Source: Candidatus Saccharimonadota bacterium
GTDB taxonomy: Archaea > Nanobdellota > Nanobdellia > Pacearchaeales > GW2011-AR1
Reading direction: 5' to 3'
Length of the DNA stretch: 32,000 bases
Assembly (NCBI GenBank): GCA_026002795.1
Contig: BPGA01000001.1
Coordinates: forward strand, 360,001 to 392,000
Shown piece by piece: positions 1 to 6,599 of this stretch (positions are counted from its first letter, which is position 1; each line of letters begins with the position of its first letter). The notes under the pieces were generated by a model. It was given only the letters and a program-made list of their open reading frames with translations. It was not told where the DNA came from and did no database searches. The translations under genes were made by a program, and so were the position numbers.

Positions 1-1
1 T

Positions 2-1081
2 TTTACAAACCCAACAAATAAAAACGCTTATTATAGAGCATATTTAGGTCCACGTTTAAATATTATGTTTTATGGTGTTATTGGTCCATCACTTCGTTTA
101 GATCCTTATTTACAATTAGCTTCAGAAGATTCTCTTTGGAGTTTTTATGGCGGTATAGAATCTTGGATAATCCTCAAAAAAGATGTTTTGAGTGAGGTCC
201 TTCCAAATATAGCTGAAAGAATTTTTGATTATAGAAAAACACTAAAACAAGGAAAATTAGAAGATACAGTTAATGAAGAAATTCTTTTTGTTTCTACAAG
301 AGACAAGAATGAAGAGATATATGCAATAAAACCAGATGGTACTGGATTAAGAAGAATAACAAATAACTCAATTCCAGATAGATATCCATCTTGGTCTCCA
401 GATAGATCCAAAATAACTTATATCTCAAGATCGAATTTAGGAAATGATGTTTTTGTAATGAACTCTAACGGTTCTAATATTGTTAGATTAACTAACGACT
501 CTAATGATGAATATCTTCCAAAATGGTCTCCAGATGGAAAAAGTATTCTTTATATCAAAAATGTGAATGGTAAATATAGTTTATATGTTATGAATTCAGA
601 CGGATCAAATCAGAGAGAAATAAAAACAGCTCTTAATGATGATATTTTATATGCTTCCTGGTCTCCAGACGGAGGTAAAATTGTTTTTCAAGGGTATAAA
701 GATATGACGTGGGAAATTTTTACAATTAACTCAGACGGATCTAATTTAAAAAGATTAACAAATGATAAAAGGTATGCAAACTTACAACCATCTTGGTCTC
801 CAAGAGGAGATGAGATTGTTTTTGCTTCTGATAGAGATGGAGATTTTGAAATTTACATAATGAACACTGATGGCTCTAATGTTAGAAAAATAACAGACAA
901 CTCTGTTAGAGATTTAGAACCTGCTTGGTCTCCTGATGCGAAAAGTATTGTTTATACACACGATTTCTCTTTAGAGTCAAACAAAAATTTTGATTTGTAT
1001 ATAATAAATAGAGACGGTAGCGGAAATAGAAACTTAACAAAACACACTTCTAGGAATTATCATCCAGCTTGGTCTCCTTAA
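2..1081 (+). CDS. PD40/TolB-like beta-propeller repeat protein; 5' end probably cut by the window edge
   Basis: Six evenly spaced PD40 signatures: YPSWSPDRSKITYIS, LPKWSPDGKSILYIK, YASWSPDGGKIVFQG, QPSWSPRGDEIVFAS, EPAWSPDAKSIVYTH and a terminal HPAWSP. They alternate with MNSDGSN/INSDGSN/MNTDGSN turns. The frame is open from base 2 to the first ATG at 65, so the true start may lie upstream of the window. Confidence 0.8.
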   Translation, partial: FTNPTNKNAYYRAYLGPRLNIMFYGVIGPSLRLDPYLQLASEDSLWSFYGGIESWIILKKDVLSEVLPNIAERIFDYRKTLKQGKLEDTVNEEILFVSTRDKNEEIYAIKPDGTGLRRITNNSIPDRYPSWSPDRSKITYISRSNLGNDVFVMNSNGSNIVRLTNDSNDEYLPKWSPDGKSILYIKNVNGKYSLYVMNSDGSNQREIKTALNDDILYASWSPDGGKIVFQGYKDMTWEIFTINSDGSNLKRLTNDKRYANLQPSWSPRGDEIVFASDRDGDFEIYIMNTDGSNVRKITDNSVRDLEPAWSPDAKSIVYTHDFSLESNKNFDLYIINRDGSGNRNLTKHTSRNYHPAWSP

Positions 1082-1173
1082 TAATTACGGATTGAAAAGC
1101 AAAAAGCTTAAAAACTAAAATTTTTAAAATATAATATTCTAATTCTTAAGTATTTACTTAAGTGGGAGATAAA

Positions 1174-1629
1174 ATGATCTTTGTTATTAAAGTAACTACG
1201 AATAAAGAAGATAAAGTAGTTGATATGATAGCAGAAAGAGTAGAAAAAAAATCACTTAATACATACTCTATACTAAGACCACACGGACTTAGGGGTTTTA
1301 TTTTTTTAGAGTCTGAAGATAAAGAAACAGCAGAAGAATCTGTTTATAATCTTCCTTACGTTAAAGGAATTTTAGGAAAGACAGTTAGTTATGAAGAAAT
1401 TAAAAATATGGTTGAGCCTTCTGTCGAGAAAATAGATATAAAAGAAGGAGACGTAGTTGAAATTATAGGTACAACATTAAAAGGAGAAAAAGCAAAAGTC
1501 TTAAGAGTTGATAAACAAAAAGAAGAGGTTTTAGTTAGCTTACTTGGTGCTGTAGTTCCTTTGCCGGTTTCAATAAAAATAGATAATGTTAAGGTTATAA
1601 GAAGAGAAGAAGAAAAAGAGGAAAAATAA
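1174..1629 (+). CDS. spt5: Transcription elongation factor Spt5 (archaeal NusG): NGN plus KOW domains
   Basis: N-terminal NGN-like MIFVIKVTTNKEDKVV...GFIFLESEDKE...YVKGILG and a C-terminal KOW motif (GDVVEIIGTTLKGEKAKVLRVDKQKEEVLVSL). It sits directly upstream of rpl11, the conserved archaeal order. I prefer ATG 1174 over the track's GTG 1162 because GGGAG lies about 5 nt upstream of the ATG. Confidence 0.85.
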   Translation: MIFVIKVTTNKEDKVVDMIAERVEKKSLNTYSILRPHGLRGFIFLESEDKETAEESVYNLPYVKGILGKTVSYEEIKNMVEPSVEKIDIKEGDVVEIIGTTLKGEKAKVLRVDKQKEEVLVSLLGAVVPLPVSIKIDNVKVIRREEEKEEK

Positions 1630-1638
1630 CTATTAAAA

Positions 1639-2319
1639 ATGCAAATAAAACTTCTTGTTGAGGGAGGGAATATGCAACCAGGTCCTACTTTAAGTCAAAA
1701 AATAGGACCTTTAGGATTGAATATTGGTCAGATAATACAAAAGGTTAACGAAGCAACAAAAAACTTCAAAGGAATGAAAGTTCCTGTTGAAATTAATGTT
1801 AACACATCTACAAAAGAGATTAGTGTTAAAGTTTTTTCTCCTCCTGTTTCAGAGTTATTAAAAAAAGAATTAGGAATTGAAAAAGGTTCTGGAGATCATA
1901 AAAAGTTTAAGGTTGCTAATGCATCAATAGAACAAATAATTTCTATTGCAAAATCAAAATTTCCTAATATGTTAAGTAAAAATTTAAAATCAGCAGTTAA
2001 ATCTGTTTTAGGAAGCTGCGTAAGTTTAGGTATTTTAGTAGAGAACAAAGATCCTAGAGACGTTATAAAGGATGTGGATAAAGGAATTTATGATAAAGAG
2101 ATTTCACAAGAGATTACAAAAACACCAGACGAGAAAAAACAAAAACTTGAAGAGTTCTTTTCATTAATAAAACAACAACAAGAAAAGATTAGGCAGCAAG
2201 AAGAGGCTGCAAAAGCAGCATTAGGAACAGAAGCAAAACAAGAAAAAACTTCTGAAGCCACAAAAACACAGCAACCTACTCAGCAACCAAAAAAACAAGA
2301 ACAAAAGCCTAAAAAATAA
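1639..2319 (+). CDS. rpl11: 50S ribosomal protein L11 (uL11) with a C-terminal Lys/Gln/Glu-rich extension of about 65 aa
   Basis: The N-terminus IKLLVEGGNMQPGPTLSQKIGPLGLNIGQIIQKVNE matches the uL11 signature (GG.A.PGPPLGP.LGP.G.N). The core is about 160 aa, followed by the low-complexity tail QQQEKIRQQEEAAKAALGTEAKQEKTSEATKTQQPTQQPKKQEQKPKK. Confidence 0.9.
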   Translation: MQIKLLVEGGNMQPGPTLSQKIGPLGLNIGQIIQKVNEATKNFKGMKVPVEINVNTSTKEISVKVFSPPVSELLKKELGIEKGSGDHKKFKVANASIEQIISIAKSKFPNMLSKNLKSAVKSVLGSCVSLGILVENKDPRDVIKDVDKGIYDKEISQEITKTPDEKKQKLEEFFSLIKQQQEKIRQQEEAAKAALGTEAKQEKTSEATKTQQPTQQPKKQEQKPKK

Positions 2320-2347
2320 AAGAATTAAAATATTAATATAAAAACAA

Positions 2348-2355
2348 TTATAAAT
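2348..2355 (+). promoter_or_regulatory. Putative TATA box for the tRNA-Pro gene
   Basis: TTATAAAT begins 30 nt upstream of the predicted tRNA 5' end at 2378, the usual archaeal TATA-to-start spacing. AT-rich background lowers specificity. Confidence 0.4.
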
Positions 2356-2377
2356 GCATAGACTCCTCTTATTTAGA

Positions 2378-2450
2378 GGGGCCATGGGGAAGCTTGGTAT
2401 CCTTCCAGGTTTGGGACCTGGCGTCGTCGGTTCAAATCCGGCTGGCCCCA
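2378..2450 (+). tRNA. tRNA-Pro (anticodon UGG), no encoded CCA
   Basis: Hand-folded cloverleaf. Acceptor GGGGCCA/TGGCCCC plus discriminator A. D arm GGGA-AGCTTGGTA-TCCT. Anticodon arm CCAGG-TTTGGGA-CCTGG, giving anticodon TGG with G37. T arm GTCGG-TTCAAAT-CCGGC. Total 73 nt. Confidence 0.9.
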
Positions 2451-2490
2451 TTTTAAACACTTTAAAAGCATGAAAAAATATCTTGATAAA

Positions 2491-2712
2491 ATGCCCAAAA
2501 AACACAAAAAAACAAAATCTGCTGGAAGATTTGGCCCGAGATATGGAAAAAAAGTTAAAGACAAAATTGTTGAAATTGAATCTATACAAAGAAAAAAACA
2601 AAACTGCCCTTTTTGTGGTAAAAAAGGAGTTAAAAGACTTGCAAAAGGAATTTGGTTTTGTAAGAAATGTAATAAAAAGTTTGCTTCAAACGCGTATTAT
2701 CTAAAAGAATAA
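2491..2712 (+). CDS. rpl37ae: 50S ribosomal protein L37Ae (eL43), zinc-ribbon
   Basis: MPKKHKKTKSAGRFGPRYGKKVK... followed by CPFCGKKGVKRLAKGIWFCKKCNKKF (CxxC-x14-CxxC). An alternative in-frame ATG at 2470 would add 7 aa. I prefer 2491 because eL43 proteins start directly with the basic K/R..G..G.RYG segment. Confidence 0.85.
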   Translation: MPKKHKKTKSAGRFGPRYGKKVKDKIVEIESIQRKKQNCPFCGKKGVKRLAKGIWFCKKCNKKFASNAYYLKE

Positions 2713-2749
2713 ACGAAAAGTACTTAAACAAACAAAAAAATAAAAAAAG

Positions 2750-2887
2750 ATGCCAACATACAAATGTTTTAAATGTGAGAAAAAAATTCAAAGTACAAAT
2801 CTAGAAAAAAGATTTGTATGCCCAAATTGTGGTGGCAAGGTTTTTTATAAACCAAGAAAACAAGTTAAAAAAATTAAAGCAATCTAA
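2750..2887 (+). CDS. rpoP: DNA-directed RNA polymerase subunit P (Rpo12/RpoP), 45 aa; below the ORF-track size cutoff
   Basis: Translated by hand: MPTYKCFKCEKKIQSTNLEKRFVCPNCGGKVFYKPRKQVKKIKAI. It has CxxC-x14-CxxC and a C-terminal KKIKAI resembling crenarchaeal RpoP ends. Its position directly after rpl37ae is the conserved archaeal arrangement. Confidence 0.8.
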   Translation: MPTYKCFKCEKKIQSTNLEKRFVCPNCGGKVFYKPRKQVKKIKAI

Positions 2888-2913
2888 ATTAAATTTAAAC
2901 TTAACAAAAATAG

Positions 2914-3225
2914 ATGTCAAAAGAACAAAAAATTAATGAGATGCAGATTATAGAACAAAATCTGCAGAATCTTCTTCTTCAAAAACAAGCTTTTCAGGTT
3001 GAACTTTCAGAAACAGAATCAGCAAAAAAAGAAATAGAAAAAACAGAAGGAGAGGTTTTTAAAGTTGTTAGTAATATAATGATAAAAGCAGATAAAAACG
3101 AAATTTTAGAAGAACTTTCAAACAAAGAGAAACTTTTAAATTTAAGAATAAAATCAATAGAAAAACAAGAAGAGGCTTTAAAAACAAAACTAGAATCTTT
3201 ACAAAAAGAAGTTTTAGAAAATTAA
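2914..3225 (+). CDS. pfdB: Prefoldin beta subunit
   Basis: 103-aa coiled coil / beta hairpin / coiled coil pattern: QNLQNLLLQKQAFQVELSETESAKKEIEK, then EVFKVVSNIMIKADKNEILEELSNKEKLLNLRIKSIEKQEEALKTKLESLQKEV. It follows rpl37ae-rpoP, as in the archaeal exosome superoperon neighbourhood. Confidence 0.75.
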   Translation: MSKEQKINEMQIIEQNLQNLLLQKQAFQVELSETESAKKEIEKTEGEVFKVVSNIMIKADKNEILEELSNKEKLLNLRIKSIEKQEEALKTKLESLQKEVLEN

Positions 3226-3344
3226 AACTTTGGATCAATTTAAGGATATAAATTATTCTAACTATTATTAAATTATAACAAAAAAATTAATTTTCTTTTT
3301 AAAAGAAAATTTAAAAAAATTTTTTAGCAAAAAATTGCGAAATC

Positions 3345-3352
3345 TTTATAAA
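3345..3352 (+). promoter_or_regulatory. Putative BRE/TATA box of sepF (leaderless or near-leaderless transcript)
   Basis: TTTATAAA within AAATCTTTATAAA (3340-3352), 29 nt upstream of ATG 3374. The same 13-mer recurs at 4135-4147 in front of the next gene. Confidence 0.5.
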
Positions 3353-3373
3353 TACATACAAGTTATTTTTATC

Positions 3374-3763
3374 ATGGTGTTAAAAAAATTAAAAAAAATG
3401 TTTTCGGGTTCTTCTGTAGGAGCCGGTGAAGAATACATAGAAATAGATCTCGGTCAAGAAGAAAAAGAGAGCAAGGTTTTTGTTAAACTTTATACTCTAA
3501 AGGACTATGAAGATACAAACCAGATTATAAATGATATTAGAGAGGGTTACACAATTGGAATTATTGACATAAAAACATTAAGACAAAAAGACTCTATGGA
3601 ATTGAAAAGAGCTATATCAAAAATCAAAAAAACAGTTGATGCTTTAGAAGGAAATATAGTTGGCTTTGGAGAAAATATAGTTGTAGCGACTCCTCCTTTT
3701 GCAAAGATACATGCAGAAGCACCTAAGCCAAAAGAGAAGAAGCCAGAGTTTGAAGAGTATTAA
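3374..3763 (+). CDS. sepF: Cell division protein SepF (DUF552 family), archaeal FtsZ anchor
   Basis: Short amphipathic N-terminus MVLKKLKKMF, linker, then the SepF core: VFVKLYTLKDYEDTNQIINDIREGYTIGIIDIKTLRQKDSMELKRAISKIKKTVDALEGNIVGFGENIVVATPP. The track's start at 3335 is a TTG lying upstream of the TATA box, so ATG 3374 is preferred. Confidence 0.75.
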   Translation: MVLKKLKKMFSGSSVGAGEEYIEIDLGQEEKESKVFVKLYTLKDYEDTNQIINDIREGYTIGIIDIKTLRQKDSMELKRAISKIKKTVDALEGNIVGFGENIVVATPPFAKIHAEAPKPKEKKPEFEEY

Positions 3764-4139
3764 TTGTAAAAAAGAAAAGATAGATAAAAAGTAACAATAT
3801 AAAGTCATTTTAAGATTTCTAAAAAAAGTCTAAAAACCCAAAATATAACAATCCTTCTCATAAAATATCTAAAAAGAATATCTAAAACTAGATTTATTTG
3901 TTAAATGAGATTTGTTAGCTGAGGCTTTTATTTTAGAAAACTTACTTTAGAAAGCCTTAGGATTTAACTAACTTATATTTTATAATAACCAGAGTCAGTT
4001 TTAAAAAAATTAAGAGTATTTATAATTATAAAGGCTAAACCATTTTAAAGAATAAACAGCCTGCTGCTTTTTAGCTCATCTAAACTCGAATATTTACCTA
4101 AAAGATATTTTTTTTAGTATATTTTTAAAAATATAAATC

Positions 4140-4147
4140 TTTATAAA
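4140..4147 (+). promoter_or_regulatory. Putative BRE/TATA box of the 560-aa surface protein gene
   Basis: TTTATAAA within AAATCTTTATAAA (4135-4147), 25 nt upstream of ATG 4165 and 31 nt upstream of ATG 4171. Confidence 0.5.
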
Positions 4148-4164
4148 CACCTTGTAACTTTTGA

Positions 4165-5847
4165 ATGACAATGAAATCAATAAAATTTTTTAATGCTTTT
4201 TTATTGAGTGTAATTCTGGTTGTTTTTTTAGTAAGTTTTATAGCAGCAGATGTTAATTTTGTCGAGGTTAGTGGAGCAACACAAACTGTTTCAGAAGGAA
4301 AGACAGCAACAATAACCTTTAAACTAAGTGAAACAGGAACAGATGATGTAAATTTAACTTTAAATGTTCCAACACTTTCTAATGGATCAAACCAAATTTC
4401 TGGGTCTGCTTCAGTGTCAAGTGTTTCTCTTTTAAAAGGGAATCAAAGTATTGTTATAACTTTAACTTATTCTGTTCCTCTTGGTCAGGCTCCAGGAGTT
4501 TATTTAGGAAATCTTACTCTTTCAAACACTTCTTTGTATTCTGACTCTCTTGACTCTCTTTTAATAACTTTAACTGTAACTGAAAATCATCCTAGTGAGA
4601 TTTTAAGCTGTCAATCTATTGGAAATCCAGGAAACTTAAGAGTTAGAAGAATTGATTTTTCCAATAATGGAATTCAAGGGTCTGTTTTTGGTGATGATGA
4701 AGAGTGGTTCCCATTTGAAAATATTGAAGCTGAAATTATATTTGAAAACAACGGAAAAGAAAATGTTGATGATATAGAGCTTAATTGGGGCTTATGGGAT
4801 GTAAGAAATAGTCAATGGGTACTTGAACCAGAAAAAATAAAGGAGTTTAATCTTAAAGATGGAGATGAGGGGACGTTTATAGTTAACTTTACTCTTAATG
4901 ATAGAATGGATGTTGATTTAGAAGATTTGAGAGATGGTAAAAATTACAGATTTTATGTTTTTGGAGAAGGAACTATTGATAATTCTTCTTCACCCAAAAC
5001 ATGTGGTTTTGATAAGAGAGATGTTTCTATAGTTATTGAGAGCGATTTTGTTGTTTTAGACAATATTAAGGTTCCTGAAACAGTACAATGCAGCCAGACT
5101 GTTTCTGTTTCAGCAGATGTTTTGAATGTTGGGGATAGAGATCAAGAAGATGTTTCAGTTAGAGTATTTGAAAGAGATGGAGTATTAGGTTTAAATAAAG
5201 TTTTTGCAGTAGGTGACATAGATGCTTTTGATAAAGTTCCGCTTAGTTTTACATTCAATGTTCCAGATTCACTAGATGAAAAATTTTATCTCTTAACTTT
5301 TGAGGTTTATGATGAGGATAATGACCTTTATGAATCTAGTTTTGATGATGATCCTTCATCATTTGCAGTTCCTATAAAAGTAGAGGGAAATTGCGGAATT
5401 GAAAAAAGAGTTCAAATTTCAGCATCTCTTGAATCAGAAGCTGTTGCAGGTAAAGATTTAGTTGTTAAGGTTTCATTCCTTAATACAGGAAAAAATTTAG
5501 AGACATTAAGGTTAAATGTTACAGGATTTGAAAGCTTTGCAGAGTCAGTTTCACTTGATAGAGATTCTCTAGTTTTAGGAGCTTCACAATCACAAGATGT
5601 TTTGATGACCTTTAAAGTTAAAAATGATGCTTCTGGAACTTATACCTTTTTTGTTGAAGGTTTAAGCTCTGCTGGCCAAAAAATGACTCAGCCAATATCA
5701 GTTACAATTGAGGGAAGAAAAGCAGGAATTACAGGAGCATTCGCTGGAATTAGTGAAGCTGGTTGGTTTACATGGGCTATAGGAATCCTCAACATTATAC
5801 TTATAATAATTATAATTGTTGTTGCAATTAGATTAACAAGAAAATAA
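4165..5847 (+). CDS. Secreted surface protein with CARDB-like beta-sandwich repeats and a C-terminal TM anchor plus basic tail
   Basis: Sec-type signal (MKSIKFFNAFLLSVILVVFLVSFIAA|DV). Many N-x-S/T sequons. Repeated segments of the CARDB type: IEAEIIFENNGKENVDDIELNWG, VSVSADVLNVGDRDQEDVSVRVFE, LVVKVSFLNTGKNLETLRLNVTG. C-terminus: AGWFTWAIGILNIILIIIIIVVAIRLTRK. Confidence 0.7.
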   Translation: MTMKSIKFFNAFLLSVILVVFLVSFIAADVNFVEVSGATQTVSEGKTATITFKLSETGTDDVNLTLNVPTLSNGSNQISGSASVSSVSLLKGNQSIVITLTYSVPLGQAPGVYLGNLTLSNTSLYSDSLDSLLITLTVTENHPSEILSCQSIGNPGNLRVRRIDFSNNGIQGSVFGDDEEWFPFENIEAEIIFENNGKENVDDIELNWGLWDVRNSQWVLEPEKIKEFNLKDGDEGTFIVNFTLNDRMDVDLEDLRDGKNYRFYVFGEGTIDNSSSPKTCGFDKRDVSIVIESDFVVLDNIKVPETVQCSQTVSVSADVLNVGDRDQEDVSVRVFERDGVLGLNKVFAVGDIDAFDKVPLSFTFNVPDSLDEKFYLLTFEVYDEDNDLYESSFDDDPSSFAVPIKVEGNCGIEKRVQISASLESEAVAGKDLVVKVSFLNTGKNLETLRLNVTGFESFAESVSLDRDSLVLGASQSQDVLMTFKVKNDASGTYTFFVEGLSSAGQKMTQPISVTIEGRKAGITGAFAGISEAGWFTWAIGILNIILIIIIIVVAIRLTRK

Positions 5848-5865
5848 AAAATTTGGATAAGAAAC

Positions 5866-5897
5866 TTTAAACTGCTTTTAATTTAAACTGCTTTTAA
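5866..5897. repeat. Perfect tandem direct repeat, 2 x 16 nt (TTTAAACTGCTTTTAA), between convergent genes
   Basis: Read directly: copies at 5866-5881 and 5882-5897 are identical. Each contains a T-run on the plus strand after GC. Located between the stop of the 4165-5847 gene and the stop of the 5934-6530 gene. Confidence 0.9.
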
Positions 5898-5933
5898 ATT
5901 TACTATTTACTAACTTTAAATTGGTTTTTTGAA

Positions 5934-6530
5934 CTATATTAAATCAAAATTTCTTTTTTTAAAATAACTTAAGACAAAGAAACCTATAAAATAACCAACA
6001 ACACCACCTAAAAAAACATCACTTAAAAAATGTAATCCTAGATAAATTCTTGAGAAAGCAACTAAAAAAGAAAAAACAATCCAAATATATCTAAGATTTT
6101 TAAATTCCATATTTAAAAAAGGTAAAACAGAAAAAACAAGCATTGACTGAAATGAAGGAAAAGAAAAATTCCAAACAAAGTAGCTATCATTTAAGTTGCC
6201 AATAATCGAAATTAAATCAAGTTGAAAAGGCCTTTGTCTTTGTATTAAAATCTTTAGTATAAAACTTAAAATAACATTAAAAGCTAATGTCAACCACAAA
6301 GGCAAAATAAACTTTCTCCTTTTTTCTTTAATGAACAAAGCTGTCAAAAAAATAAAAATAAAAATTAGAGAGCTAAAAAAAGAAATTCCAAGAAAAAAAT
6401 CAGTCAAAACGCTATTTCTTATTAACTTAATTATATAAAAAAAACTCCTGTCAAAATAAAAACTTAAAAAAGCAACAAACATCAGTGAGAAGCTTAAAAG
6501 CAAAAATTTAATCTTTTCTTTTCTATTCAT
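5934..6530 (-). CDS. PAP2-family lipid phosphate/pyrophosphate phosphatase (polytopic membrane protein) with a degenerate C2 motif
   Basis: C1 motif KILIQRQRP (Kx6RP) and C3 motif SRIYLGLHFLSD (SRx5Hx3D) are intact. The C2 position reads PSFQ instead of PSGH. Multiple hydrophobic helices. Confidence 0.75.
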   Translation of the reverse strand: MNRKEKIKFLLLSFSLMFVAFLSFYFDRSFFYIIKLIRNSVLTDFFLGISFFSSLIFIFIFLTALFIKEKRRKFILPLWLTLAFNVILSFILKILIQRQRPFQLDLISIIGNLNDSYFVWNFSFPSFQSMLVFSVLPFLNMEFKNLRYIWIVFSFLVAFSRIYLGLHFLSDVFLGGVVGYFIGFFVLSYFKKRNFDLI

Positions 6531-6599
6531 TTTTATATTCTATTAATTTTTAAAATTTAGAAACTTAAACTATTTAAATATAATTTTCTTAAAACTAGA

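Noticed and set aside
1162-1173. Track start codons GTG 1162 (spt5), TTG 3335 (sepF) and TTG 14844 (pilin-like gene).
   Set aside because: In each case an ATG a few codons downstream gives an N-terminus matching homologs or paralogs and a better-placed SD or TATA. The TTG at 3335 even lies upstream of the putative TATA box.
2221-2601. Minus-strand ORFs of 126 aa (2221-2601) and 63 aa (2373-2564).
   Set aside because: They run antisense through the L11 tail, the tRNA-Pro gene and the start of rpl37ae. The translations are low-complexity Phe/Leu-rich strings typical of the reverse complement of Lys/Glu-rich coding DNA.
2483-2704. 73-aa plus-strand ORF in an alternative frame of rpl37ae.
   Set aside because: It is fully nested in the frame that encodes an unmistakable eL43 zinc-ribbon protein, and it has no motif of its own.
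3289-3311. Perfect 11-bp inverted repeat AATTTTCTTTT-T-AAAAGAAAATT between pfdB and sepF.
   Set aside because: It is almost pure A/T in a ~75% A+T genome, so such palindromes are expected by chance. The stem would be very weak as RNA. At most it contributes a T-run for pfdB termination.
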